The notes under the pieces were generated by a model, which did no database searches, was not told the origin of the DNA, and was given only the letters and a program-made list of their open reading frames with translations. A stretch of DNA of 63,920 nucleotides, filler included, from Sphaeroforma arctica JP610 (taxonomy: Eukaryota), in assembly GCF_001186125.1 (NCBI RefSeq). It is 6 parts of 3 records of this genome, joined end to end, with 100 filler letters (N's around TTAATTAATTAA, not from the genome) between each part and the next. Parts side by side here need not be neighbours in the genome. Positions count along the whole stretch, not along the records: positions 1 to 8,244 come from NW_014040553.1; positions 8,345 to 29,159 come from NW_014040553.1; 4 more parts are not named here. One strand, 5' to 3'. The position numbers and the translations under genes were made by a program. Each line of letters starts with the position of its first letter. Position 1 is the first letter of the stretch. Below are positions 1 to 12,741 of the stretch, in pieces.

Positions 1-206
1 GTGTCAATTATAACATGTAAATGTAAGCACATATAGTTAAAATAATTACGGGACCTACTGTTGAATGCTAGAAAAGGTATTTTGATGCCTGGGATGTATA
101 CATACACAACACGAGTGAAGAGCGAAATGAAAACGACGACGAAATAGCTATTACAACGTGAACGGAAAACTATTCTGATTGTACGACAGATATCTATATA
201 ACTTAC

Positions 207-692
207 CGGCCAGGTGACCTGCAGGATAGTGAGCAAAAACCGCTGTATTTGGAGCTACGGCAAATTGCACTGCATTAGCTCCAGTGGATATTGAGGATGA
301 CCCATGAGTAGGTGTAGGTTGCGATGTCGTCGATCCATATAGAACAGGACTTACTGCATCTGCGAGGCCAGAGGTAGAAGCTTGTTGGTATTTAACTCCT
401 TGCGGCTCTAAAGGTGGACCGAGGGCTGTCGACGGTCCGTCTGGCATTATCTCAGTGTTTGACGGATCGGTATTTGTGTTAGTTGCGCCGCTCAGGTGAC
501 CAGGCTGTGAATATACTAACTCGCTTCGGATGTTCGAATCGGTGTGCAACGCACCTATATCAGTGTCATTGGGAGCTAGTTGAGGCACGCAGTGAGCCTG
601 TACTTGAGGATCACGCTTTATCTCCCATATTGATACTAACTCCCGGGCATCCTCTCTGATGTCCCGTCCCCTGGAACTAGGTGTCGCATGCG
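207..692 (-). CDS. Internal exon of an unidentified Ser/Thr/Pro-rich protein; gene continues off the left edge
   Basis: 486-nt open frame (HATPSSRGRDIREDARELVSIWEIKRDPQVQAHCVPQLAPND...HLAG) between a CAG acceptor (695-693) and a GTAAGT donor (206-201). Phase 1-1. No recognisable domain. Confidence 0.4.
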
Positions 693-1744
693 CTGTTGGT
701 GTGCGATTATATGAGCATCAGTATCCGACTCACAATCAGCAAGTTATTGAGAATTTCACCCCTGGCATTCTTGAAATATGTCAGGCTAAGCGATACCAGA
801 CAATATATTATTTCATATTGACGACCTGTCGAGGTTGAACTAAGTCCACACCAATATTAACTGATCGCACTACAAGAATTTCAGGTATATAGAGACATCC
901 TTAACACTAAAGCACACAGCGCATACTTAATAGAATAATCATATCGTACAGACGATATTTGGAGGCTGCGATGCGTCCACACTAAATGAACCGATCCTAC
1001 GTAGACTACTATAGGTATATTTCGATACACTAAACAAGAATACACAACGTATACTTTGATAAGCAAATAGCCAGAAATACTTAAGTATTAAAAATACTGT
1101 CAGCCTTGAAGGTGTAATTAATCTTATAGTGAGGAACAAAAGCATGGTAACAGAGTGTAACGGTGAAGCTACAAAATACAAATATACTCTCATACGATGT
1201 GGAACCGAATAGATCAGTTTCTTGACACACCCATAGCTGCGCCTGGCACTGCCGGTGGGGAGACAGACAATGCAATCGTACCTGCAGTTGGTCTCTCACC
1301 GCTGTGTAAAGGATTCATAGCTAAACTACTGATCTTATTAAGAATGGTGCATTCGCTTGCCCTTGCGTAAAAGTAAGAGTAGAACAGTGACAGACAGATC
1401 ACGTTTGTCTATCGTATATCACACTATTGCTCAAATAGCTGCTCATCACTTTCAGTAACGACGTACAAGAATCGATACGGAGAATAAGACTAGAAGAACT
1501 CTATCTTTGTTCTAAGCTCAAGTATCTGCCCATTACTCACAGCAAGGACGTATAAGTCTCAATGCTGAGAAATAAGACCAGGAGAACGCTATCTTTGTGT
1601 TTATATTTACCTATGAAACTATTCTAATATTGTGTCATCGCTTTTGTCGGTACTATGACTATATGAACTTTACATCCTAAATTGCTATGTCCCCTGTAAT
1701 TGCTATGTCCCCTGTGTGAACCTCAACCCGTTAAAAGGGCGAAA

Positions 1745-2062
1745 TTAAACGTTTGACATAAACGCTTATTTATGTATTTGATTTACAAAACTAACGGCCC
1801 TCTGGATTTGGGTCTCTGCTAAATTTTCGATGTTGTAGAAAGAAACCTTGATTTCCGCTCGAGACCCTATCCAGAGGGTCGCGAAAAACTGAGAACGTTT
1901 CTACGAGTCAAAAGACTGAAAAACAAAATCTGACCCAATGTACGAATTAAACAGACACCTAAGGTAAGACTTGTTAAAATGTTGGACCTCAGGACTCTGA
2001 ACTTGAATCCGCAATGCTAACTATAGGGCTATCACAAATAAACGTATTTAATACGTTTTAAT
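1745..2062. mobile_element. Possible MITE-like non-autonomous element remnant
   Basis: Imperfect inverted ends (ttaaacgttt...cgcttattta vs aaataaacgtatttaatacgtttttaa) and an internal inverted pair gccctctggatttgggtctc (~1797-1816) / gagaccctatccagagggtc (1861-1880). Confidence 0.25.
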
Positions 2063-2303
2063 TCAAAGTATATGAGAATAGATCCGTGCATTTTATACTT
2101 TATAATCTCTCCTAAAAAGACCATATAAAAATGTACAACGACAATATCCAATGAGGTGAACATCAGGGGTATTCGGTATTCATCTAATGCGACATATATT
2201 TAGGTGTATTGAGTGAGTGATCGTCACTGAAGCACAGGTCTCTAGATACTGCCCACTCTGGATACATCGTGGGTCTTTCTACTACTGTATGTGATGCGTA
2301 GTT

Positions 2304-3528
2304 ATGTTTGGCTTATCTGAAGTCGCACTGATAGGAGGTGTTGCATACTTTGTCGTTGGACCAAACGAGCTCCCCCGAGTGGCCCGAAATGTGGGCTATA
2401 TGCTGGGCCAACTATTCCGGGTGGCTAGGAGTGGGCAAGGGGTTGTGAACCAATTTGTCAAACAAAATAAACTGGATGAGGTATGTGTCTAAAGAGCGGA
2501 TAGATTTTTATTTCTAGTCACGGTCCAATAACCTTCAACATATTGGACCTTCAGTCGCATATCCACTACATCGCAGCGTCCAGCACGTTCATATTGTCTA
2601 AATATATACTTCTTCATGTCAGCCTGAAGTTCAGAGTGTTACGCATATTATACTTCTCTCTCCATACTCTCTTGGCGACATCATGGAGCCATGGTCAAAT
2701 AGATGAACTAAAAGCAGAAATGTGGTTAAACAAATCTTATACGTCCTGACCTCTCTTCTGGCACTATAGAGAGTGTGCAATACAAACATACTACAAGCTC
2801 TCTATATAGTTATTTGCCCAAGGTTGTAAAATCCATGTTCTTATGGCCTTGTTATACCCTTCTATTGCGTATATTTGAAATTCTTATTATCATAAGACTG
2901 AGACCACTTTATTGAAAGTCCTAGTAGGAGTAATAATCCTCTGTGCATGTTTTTCGTCTCCAAATGACAGCTCCAAAAGGATTTCTCCGAAGGGGTGGCC
3001 GAATTGCACGCGCTGCGGAGTGAACTCCAAAATGAAGCTCGCAAAGCCTCGCCTTCGTATCAGATTCGAAATGCGCTGACGCGGAATGTGACAAATACCG
3101 GGGGATTGTCGTACAGCTCAATCACTCGCACCACTGAACAACCTGTTGGGTCAAATCTCGCCACTGATAAAACAAAAGATAAAGACCAACCGGAACCCAC
3201 GCCATTGGCAACCTCGGGGAACACATACACTTCTGGCGTTACACCCACTTCGACCGCATCAGGCAGCACTAGTATTAGTACTTCGTTGGGAATGAACGGC
3301 ACCCAGTCCGCCACCAAACCGCACACGGGCAACTTTTGTGCCGATACAAAAACAGTCGCTGACGATCGCGCAACGAACATGAAAGTGATACAACAGCATA
3401 TGGTGCAAGCCAAGCTCCAAAAAAACACAGGGATTGACACGGTCACTGGAGGGGCCGATATACTTGGGGATGTGTTATTTGAGCGGGCACTTGCACGACA
3501 CCAGGCATTGGAAGACCCAAAGGTGTAA
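2304..3528 (+). CDS. tatB: TatB-like twin-arginine translocase subunit, nuclear-encoded, resembling plant mitochondrial TatB (~244 aa; exons 2304-2480, 2971-3528)
   Basis: N-terminus MFGLSEVALIGGVAYFVVGPNELPRVARNVGYMLG fits the TatA/B pattern: TM helix with Glu, GP hinge, LP, amphipathic helix. A GTATGT...CAG intron joins in frame to LQKDFSEGVAELHALRSEL. A long S/T-rich linker ends in the C-terminal GGADILGDVLFERALA. Confidence 0.8.
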
Positions 3529-4965
3529 AAGGTGCCGAAACGTGTTGTTATAGTATATGCAGGCTGCAGCCCGCCTTGCATATATCCAGCATGAACCTTG
3601 ATTTAGTGTTAAAATATCATTACACAGACCGGATACGTTCGATAGAACGTGAACATGCCTCGCTCGGTTCTCTGCTATGCCACTAACTAGAAATATGGTG
3701 TCATCAGAGCAGCCAGAGATAGTTATATTCAAATCAGCAGGAGGCAATATCGAACGTGATGGAGTACTAACGCTTCCATTCATCATTGATATTCACATGT
3801 GTTGCATATGCATTACGTGTATATTACGCCCGAAAACATCGTATTCTGTGCTCTTTAACAACCTTCGAGTAAGTTCTACACTGCAGCGCGTCACTTTCAA
3901 TTTGTAATTGAATCCCAATCGAACTGAAAGATCAAACACTCTGAGCTATGCCACGCCTTGCCAGCTGTGTCAAATTGACTTCAAGCTTCCATAGCCCATT
4001 GTCATTGGGCTTTGAACCAAGAAGACGAATCTCCAGATGGTGCTGATCACGGCGATGATGTTTAAGTATAAACTCTGTCTGCCGGAAAAGGTTGTGTTTG
4101 TATTGGAAGGCCGCACATACTCGCGTATCGGATACGAATTGGTGACTGCAAAGTAGATTAAATATGCCAAATAGTTGTTCTTCCGTAGGGCATCTGAAGC
4201 AGTCTCTCTAGGGGTAACGAAACAACGCGTGCCGCGCCTCGGTGTCTAAAAGCCAAATAAATGCGCATCCTGCTGTCAATTTATTCTACAAAGCATTTGT
4301 AGCGTGTGCTCGTCTTGCGGCGATTCTTTAAGGCAACCCTGCTTGTTGTGCAGCTACCGCACCGTCTCCAACGTGTCTAAGTAGGAAAGCGCATGTTTTT
4401 CACAACTAAATACCCAAATCCGGAACGTCATGTGAAGAGATCGCAAGGATCTCTCATATCAATTTATTATTTCCGATTCAAGTACAATGGGATGAAGTCT
4501 TCGAATGTTTACCTGAGGCTTCCGTTCAGAGGTCGCAAAGCGAGGAAATTCCCCTATATATTTGATGTCTGTTCAATTGAAGTCTTGATATAGGAAAAAT
4601 GATTGTCTGAGAAGGCGGTGACACGAGTGCTGTTCAGGCATGGCTCTGGAAAGTACCATAAGTCAACAATTCGAATATTGACTCTTCGTTATTAAATGAG
4701 AGGATCTCTCGTCGTTATTTTACAGACACCACCTATTCCAGCTGGCAAAGTGCTTTGTCACACGGCACTTAAGTATTGATGTTTACCTACTATACACGTA
4801 TGTTTAACTCTCAAGCAACCGTCGGACACGGCAGTTTCGAATGTGCTATTCTCTCAGTCACCAATACTAATCGCCTGACAACATCGACTAGCATGTATTT
4901 AAGTCTACGCATTCGCTTTGCCCGAATGCGGCTGAAAGCATACAGCGGCAAAGTGGGGTAGACAT

Positions 4966-6577
4966 TTATTGCTTGAGAAACAAGCCCCAGACTGGGCGGG
5001 TAGCCTTCAAAGCCCAAAAGACATTGGCGGTCTGGGTTTTACCCTTTGACTTCAGAAATTCGTATTGTGCGTTGAGGAAACCGGTGGAGAGAAAAGCGCT
5101 TGCAAGTGCTCTGCTCTCCTTCTCGTTGACAGCCTTCAGATCAGGGGCCACTTCACGTTTCTTGCCATCCTTGATCCATTTTTCGGCCAGTGCCTGTGCT
5201 TTGTCCGTGAGCTCATCATCCTTGCAAACATCCAATACAAAACCTGCCTTCTTCGCTTCGACGGCCGTTGGTATCCAGCCGTCATTAAGCATTTTGTCTG
5301 TAGACAAAAGTAGTAGATATTCCTCGCGTGTTAGCAATATAATGGGTTAGCATGGATTCTTTTCGACAGTTATCTTACAAATCGACATTTACATTATTTG
5401 TTCTCGCTTAATAAATGCATCCATTTACAAATATCACTTATTCTAAAACAGTTGTTTAGACTATTTAGATTGAGACGGCATATGAAAGCGAACACATAAG
5501 CCAATAATACACACAAACGCTATATATTGACAATGTATGTATAGTATATATAAACAAAACATACTTGCGTTTTCTTGGCCCATAATGCGCTGGAAATGCA
5601 CAGATGAGCAACCTTCGGGCGGTATAGAAAGGCGAGCGAAAGGCGTGTTGAAGGTGGCGGACTCTGCCGCGATGATGCCATCACAGAGAGTTGCCGAAGT
5701 CACAGATGCACCGATAGCGGGTCCATTTGCTGCCACCAAAACGGGCTTGGGACAATCAAGGAAGGTATTGAAAACTGCAATACACAATGAATATGGTTAG
5801 TCCCTATCACAGTATCACGTTTGAGGACATATTCCATAGTATAAAAGTCTCGATTCATGCAGTCGACTTGAAAAAAATAAGCATATTTACGTTTTGGAAG
5901 GTATCGAAAACTGCATACACACTAATATGGTTAGTCCCTATCACATTGTCACGTTTGAGGACATATTTCATAGTATACTAGTCTCAATTCATGCAGTCGA
6001 CTTAAAATAAATTAACATATTTACGTTTTTGGTTGCTCACATAAATCTCCTCCCAAAGCTTTTGTGGATGTCCAGGCTTGATAGTATCAGCCAAGTTGAC
6101 TCCAGCACAGTAATAAGTTCCTTTCCCGGTAATAATCAATGCCTGCCAAGTACCGGGTATATAAGGGTGCAGTTGAAGTCACAGTATTTCTGGCAGATAA
6201 AATCGCGACCCTTCGTAAACTTCATCTATAAAGTATATGCTCACGACCCACTGCTACCATGCACGAATATGAAACCACGATCAATCAAAATCAATATCCT
6301 GAGACAAAGGGCAGTTATAAGAATACGTGCTATGCACCTTTGTAGCCGTATCTTCTCCTGCCTCTTCTATCTTGGCGAAAAGAGTGTCCATCATGGGCTT
6401 GGTCCAGCCATTGAGTCGCTTTGGGTTGTTCATGGTGAGCGTCGTCACTCCATTTTTGGTTGAGGATAGAACCATAGGCTCTTTCGCCTCAGAACTCTTG
6501 TAGCGGCCCACGCAGAGTCTGGATGCGGGTAGCAGCCCTTCAACGGATCCCAGTCGGATTGTCCTTAACGCAAGCAT
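4966..6577 (-). CDS. Enoyl-CoA delta isomerase / crotonase-family enzyme, likely mitochondrial (exons 6577-6338, 6142-6025, 5774-5565, 5297-4966)
   Basis: Motifs TLTMNNPKRLN, IITGKGTYYCAGVNL, FLDCPKPVLVAANGPAIG and FNTPFARLSIPPEGCSS. Canonical splice sites keep the frame. The Arg/Ser-rich N-terminus resembles a presequence. Confidence 0.9.
5761..6029. repeat. Tandem duplication (~135 bp) of intron 2 of the isomerase gene, including its splice sites
   Basis: 5761-5895 and 5897-6029 are clearly homologous (gaaggtat.gaaaactgca...atatggttagtccctatcac...catatttacgtttt). Confidence 0.9.
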
Positions 6578-8244
6578 ATTTGAATTATTCTGACGTCTAA
6601 ACTGCAGGTCACTGCGTGCCGGCCATTTTATATTTATGAACTGTGTATTGACATATATATTTTCTTGACATCGCTATTTTTTTATAGGTTTTGACATGTA
6701 AAACCCTATATAAATATGTATCATGAATTCATGTATAATTTAGAATGCTTTAATTCATCATTGGTGTGAATACAATTTATCTTGCACGTATTTATTTATG
6801 TATTTTGTTTTTTTGTCTTTTATATTTTAAATATTTTTAGAAAACAATTATAAAATAACAAAATTATTGTAAACTGTACATTAAATGACAAATCATAGCC
6901 TCCTGTTGAATTACAGGAGGCTATAAACAAATCAATAGTAATATAATATAAACTTGGTGTGTCTATTATCCGCTTTGATAAAGCCAACAAGAGTAAAGCC
7001 AACAGTCGAAAACGGTAAAACGGAGGCACGTTTTAATTTTGACAGACATGTATCTCTTTTAATTGGAGGTTATGATTTTTCCACACAAATCAACTTCGTA
7101 GTTGGATGATATGCATGGCCAACCACCTTTATCTTTTATTGTGAAAAGGGAACCGTATCAGGCTATCAGCACAATGAATTATCACTTATACCATTACGCA
7201 TTGTGTAAGTCTCATCCGATCAGGGTATCCTGGTAATCCGTATGGTCCATTTTGGCATTTTGACCACGCTGCTGTGTATTGCCTGAAACCATTTCAAATT
7301 TTGCTTTTGGAAATAAATAGAGTTTTTGAATATATCGGGTGTGAAGAGGCACTATGGTCTGTGAGCCTGTGATGAGCGTGAGCCTGTGGGCTGCTGGTGG
7401 GCTGTGAGCGAAGCGAGCATTTTTTTATTGATTCCCGGTCTCCCAGGGCGGAAAGGAGGAAAAGAACATCCTGTATAAATATTTAGGACCGAAATCGCTA
7501 GTTTTTTTTATTTAAAAAAACCCCAAAAGGTCCCAGAGGCCAGACCCCTTTCGAGTCCCTGTGGAAATATTTACCAATATTTTCATAAACGTGCATGTGA
7601 ACAAAATGAATTACCCCTCTGAGTATATGTTTTCAGTTCCCGCGGCGTCCCAGCCGTGTTTTATCACAGAAAGCGTAGTAAATAGCTGGAGTCCCTATTT
7701 CATTTATTGAACTTCTGTCCGGAACGCTTTTTCCCCATTTGTAGGCCCCAAAGAGGCCCACGAGGGATCCTAAATGTAATTTTGGTTCAAAAAATAGAGC
7801 ATACTTTTGTGGGTCCGTTATTGACGGCTGAAAGAAAACCCGCCCCCCCACCTCCCGTGGGTGAGTGTGTTTATGTGTGAGCGTATGTGACTTGAACAGT
7901 GCCGTCAGTGCGTATTTGTGTGTTTGTGTTGAGTGAAAGTGAGGGAGAAAGGGTCCCTCAAGAAATCTCACCCTCAGGCCTCAGCTCACCCTGTGCAGAT
8001 ATATTCACAAATTATTAGCTACCCTCTTTGAATAAACGCTTTTGGTCTCTGCGGCGCCCCAGCCGTGATTTATCGACTTCAGCGAAACACAACTATACTT
8101 CGACTAGGTCGGGCCATAGGTGTGTTGTCATAATCTTTTAAAATGAAACAATAGAAGGCTATGGTGTGGTGTAACAGTATTCGTGCACAGATCAGAACAA
8201 ACAGGTTTTGACTACTGACAATGGCAGAGGTAAACATTATATTT

Positions 8245-8344
8245 NNNNNNNNNNNNNNNNNNNNNNNNNNNNNNNNNNNNNNNNNNNNTTAATTAATTAA
8301 NNNNNNNNNNNNNNNNNNNNNNNNNNNNNNNNNNNNNNNNNNNN
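8245..8344. other. Assembly gap with TTAATTAATTAA spacer (similar spacers at ~29160-29258, ~39159-39258, ~57217-57315, ~59478-59577; short N gaps at ~23235 and ~50674)
   Basis: N-runs flank an identical palindrome with stops in all six frames, and most abut (GT)n or (TA)n microsatellites. Confidence 0.95.
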
Positions 8345-8345
8345 G

Positions 8346-8347
<2 letters not shown>

Positions 8348-8418
<71 letters not shown>

Positions 8419-8420
8419 TG
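8348..8420. repeat. (GT)n microsatellite; others at ~57316-57410 and ~63818-63920; (TA)n at ~23255-23300, ~39021-39335, ~50600-50810
   Basis: Directly visible dinucleotide runs. Confidence 0.95.
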
Positions 8421-8686
8421 TTTACTGATATTATCGAGCATATCTAACCTGCCTCATGCAAATTTCTATGGTTCTCGGCGGTATTTTGCACAAAAGAGTA
8501 CTTTTCCCCATTAATAAATGCTTGATGTGATTTATTTTATACATTTGGCATTGGAATATAGAGACTAGGCTTAGCACTCGAAGAATCCGCTCGTGAACCG
8601 AGTATTTCACGAGTTGGCCACCTGGCAATTGCCTCGGAAGGAAGCCTTAAGTATGCAACATTTGTGCTCAATACAGTTCTTTCCAG

Positions 8687-11600
8687 TACAATTGAGGATG
8701 AAGCGGCATCTGCTATGCTGGACGTCCTTATCATATTGTGTAAGTATTAGGAAAATTCATACAACAAATCCATTGTGAACCAGCTATATTTGAAACAATA
8801 TCTACTTTTTTGCTCTGTAATTTCGTAACTGGATAGTGAGTTGGCTCGATAATTTTTATCTCACCACCTGACCCCTGCATATCATTCTTTTTTATCAGGC
8901 GAAGATGAGGGGTTGGTTCCGGTCAATGCCGATGAAGCAATTGTAAATCACTTAGTTAATGGAAATACATCCGATGATATGGCTTACAAGGTGCGCAAAG
9001 CTGCTTCGGTGACTTTTACAGGACATGTGTCAACGTTTGCACTGTACGACGCAATCTGCGATTTCCTCATCATTCTTAATTTAATGCTCACTGCAGCTGC
9101 TACGTTACTTCAGAGCTAGCTCATATCAACGCAACACACGTGATATCGAAGACAGTGCCGGCGAGGTCGATCAAGGCGAATATCTTCCCGAAAAAAAGCT
9201 AGTGGACAGCTTAGTTGCATCTTTGTAGGTTGAATCTATTTAGCATGGTTACAGAGATTTTGGATGGTGGTTGTGTGCGTCAAAATCTTCAGTTATGTGG
9301 AACTCGGGGATGCAACACGACTTTGATGTCATAGTATCTTCTATTTAAACATCTTCTATCATTTACAGGTTACAACGGTCTGCTTCCGATACCACTCTAA
9401 TTCTGAACGCACTGTACAATATAGTCGTCGGCAACAGCGAAGAATGTGTATGTGTTGTGCTTTCCCATTTCCCCTTCGACTCTGGCGTTCCTTCTCTATG
9501 TTTATGCGAGGTTCTAAATTCTATGCAATTATGTCGATCATCAATTGGCTGCTTCCTTCTTACCGTAGAATCGTATATGTGAAGTGGGTGGAAAACCACT
9601 GTTTGTGGAGCTGATCAGACTGGTCTCCGAAGATAACGTGGCGATAAAGCGATCTTCGCTTCTACTTCTGCTTGTTCTTTCTTCTAATAGGATTGGCCCT
9701 AAGGTATATGCGCATGAATAAGCTGTTTCCTGCATGCTTTGGTTGATATACAGCGTACATATACGTTTTAAGCGACAGCGTCATTGAATTGCTTGATGTA
9801 TATCAGTTATTCCCAGAGCAAAACATCATGAACGCCTTCCGGCTCGCGATGGCTATCAATGGTCTTGATTCCTGGACCGCGTTGTACTCTCTAGATCTGG
9901 CCAGCGTGATATTGTCAACGCCATGGACTGTTGCGAGACTTGATGGCATCGAGTGGTATGTTCCTTCGAAATCATTTTAGTTTGGTAGCACCTCGATAAA
10001 CGAAACGTATTCCGCTTCGGGCTGACCAACTTTAACATCGCAGTCGCATTTGGGTATACAGAGCCTGACAACTGATTTGGTTTTATCTCAGTAAGGAAAT
10101 TATGTTACAACAGATACCGGTTATGCTGCGACTGCTTGGGAATCTACAGTTCGGTTTACGCAACATCATACAGGTATTGTGCGGCGTATTTTGGTGCAAG
10201 CTACATTTTTTAAGAACCCGAAACGCTATACTTGAACCTGCCTCGTCACTAGATTGTTGGACGAAAAATGCTATCCATTTCACTCGACTGACGATTTGTA
10301 TGCAATGCGCCGCAACGCTCAGTCTTCTTCGTAAAACTGGCACTACTTCCGGAGCTTAATTTGTTGGCTATCGCTCTCCGCTTTGCGAAGCTTTCACAGT
10401 TGTGGAGTGTATTAAATGCAATGCCGGAGCGAAATTATCTTAAACATGCATTGGCTGGTGTGGCTGAGGCAGATACGCTAGGCGATGTTCTAGATGTAAC
10501 ATCTGCCATCGCGCGTAAGTCGTATGCAACACCGGGCCTGCCCAGTTTGGGCTGGGAGACTCTCACCAAATTGTCCAGCTTGCATTGGGTGATAGCTAAG
10601 TGTCGCTCTGCTGCTTTAAAGAAGGCGGCGCCAAATGAATCCCGCTTGATGTTACTTGACGCGAATACCTCGGACTATGAAGTTGGGCAGTTGAATGGTG
10701 AGCGAACCCTGACGTTTTATTCTAAAGCGCGCATCGCATCGAATTCGTGGACATCACGCTTGATTTAAAAATTTAGTCGTTGCTCTCGAGACATTTTCTT
10801 CTTCTCGTGTATGTCCATTTCGCATTGCAGATTCTAATGCCACCAACGCGATATCCGAAGGTGTTTCACTCGCCGTTGCCATCACCCCAAGCAGATTTCA
10901 AGCGGGGATCGAAAACAGTGAGCGAACTCGATTAGAGTTGGAGCTAGAGCTCGTCAAGCTTAAGGTGTGCCATTGTACTCAGACCCCGATTTTTTCCTTG
11001 CTCATTTTTTTTCTTCAGCACTAACCCAATTCTACTATCCGCCATCCACCAGCTCGGGAACCTACAATTGCAGAATACAGAACTCAAAAACGAAGCCGCG
11101 TTAGCACAGGGATACAAACAAAGTCATAGTGAGCAGGTATTCGGGTGTCATTATGTAGTGATACCTCTCCAAGTGACGGTTTTATACACTCGTGTCTAGT
11201 CGGTCCGATTGTTATTTCCTTGAACCGTAGAATAATAAATACCTACTTTTCCTGTTGCCATCACCCAATCATGCTCGCGACAAGACTGAGAGACTGAATC
11301 AAGCCATAGAACGATTACTACTGAAAAATTCTGAAGTTTCCGAAACTCGGATCGAGTGTCAAGATCTAGCTGGGCGCTTGGCTTCATTGCAGGCACTGCA
11401 TGAGGGGTATGTACCTGCTCCTGTCTCGTTTCGCACTCGATTAATATAGTGATGTTGTTATTTGCTAGTTTGAAAGGGTGCATCGAAGTTTAGAATTGTT
11501 CCTTTTGTTGTACAGTACGCTGACAGAGCTTTGCAAAGCGCGCCGAAGAGAATGTCATATACGAGAAGAACTGAAAATGTCTTCAGCGACTGTGAATAGG

Positions 11601-12221
11601 CTCACATCCGCTATAGAGATACAGGCATGTAAGTTGAGAAAACTTGCGGATGTACAGACTGAGAATGATCGCCTGATAGCAGCAATAAATGAGTCCAGTG
11701 CTCTGGGTAAACGCTTTGCTCAAGAGTTGGAGACTTGCAAAGCGGATGCGGCACAAAAAGAAAAAGTTTTGCAGTCTAATTATGATACTCTAGTGGGGAG
11801 CAAACAGGAATCTGAAGTGCTGTTACAGAAAGCCGAGGATCGCCTGAAGCAGAAGTGCCTCACAATCAACGAGCTTGGTGAAGAGCTGGCCAGTATACGC
11901 GTGATGTCCTCTAAGCTTGAACTGCAGATAAGGCATGCTATTGTGCACGGAGAAACTCTCCAAGCCGAATCTGAGGACATGAAGTTACGGGCAGACACGC
12001 TTGAATTGGAGCTTCAAGAACTGAGGAAATTCAAAGCCTTCATACATAACTTCTCTGGGGGCTCGTACAGGAATGCATCCGCAGTGAATTCGATCGTTGA
12101 CCACTCGGAAAATCAGGAAAATTGCAATCCGGAGATGCAGCGGCCAAAGTCCAAGCCTGGAATGAATTCATCTATTGTTTCGCAGCAGACAGGGATTGGG
12201 GACAATAATTTTCAACACTGA
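8687..12221 (+). CDS. CIP2A: CIP2A-like protein (N-terminal armadillo-like region plus C-terminal coiled coil); multi-exon, 5' end unresolved near the gap
   Basis: Spliced exons give SSLLLLLVLSSNRIGPK|LFPEQNIMNAFRL...TALYSLDLASVILSTP, which resembles my recollection of animal CIP2A (VGEKLFHARNIHQTFQL...TRKYSVDLL). The long coiled coil ends in KAFIHNFSGG, compared with CIP2A IAMIHSLSGG. Confidence 0.7.
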
Positions 12222-12741
12222 ATGGTTGGAGAAACGATGACCGCTATTATAAACATAAAGCATCTTTCGGTTGGACCCTTTGCCATTATTGAAGGTACTT
12301 TCAAACAATCGGCACATCGTACGCGGCAATTAGCAGTGTAATGGTGATCAAGAACAGCATTTGTCTAAGCACTATGAAAATTTCTCGGAATCAGACTCTT
12401 TTACTGAGCTCTACAGTCTAAATCAGACTCTTTTATAGTATACTGAGCTCTACAGTCTATTCATTGACTAGCACTCGAATTTAAAAATTGCATTCAATAT
12501 TTACTTCCCTACATTTCTCATTGTGTCCACTTTGTTTATGCACAGTACATATTCTTTGCAAATGCGGCAAATGATGTTTTCGGGGATAGGTTTTGTACGT
12601 AGCTCTCATCTACTCTTAGTACATGTTCCTTCGAAAGTATACTATACATGCAAAAATACTCTAGATGGTGATTCTGCTTGAGGCTGCCGCCCCATTTGGT
12701 ATCGTTGGCATAGATGCAGTTACATAGCTATACTTGCACCT

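Noticed and set aside
3930..4200. ~90-codon minus-strand open frame between tatB and the isomerase
   Set aside because: No start, convincing splice partners or recognisable motif.
8289..8300. TTAATTAATTAA palindrome recurring at five sites
   Set aside because: It is always centred in N-runs, so it is an artificial contig spacer.
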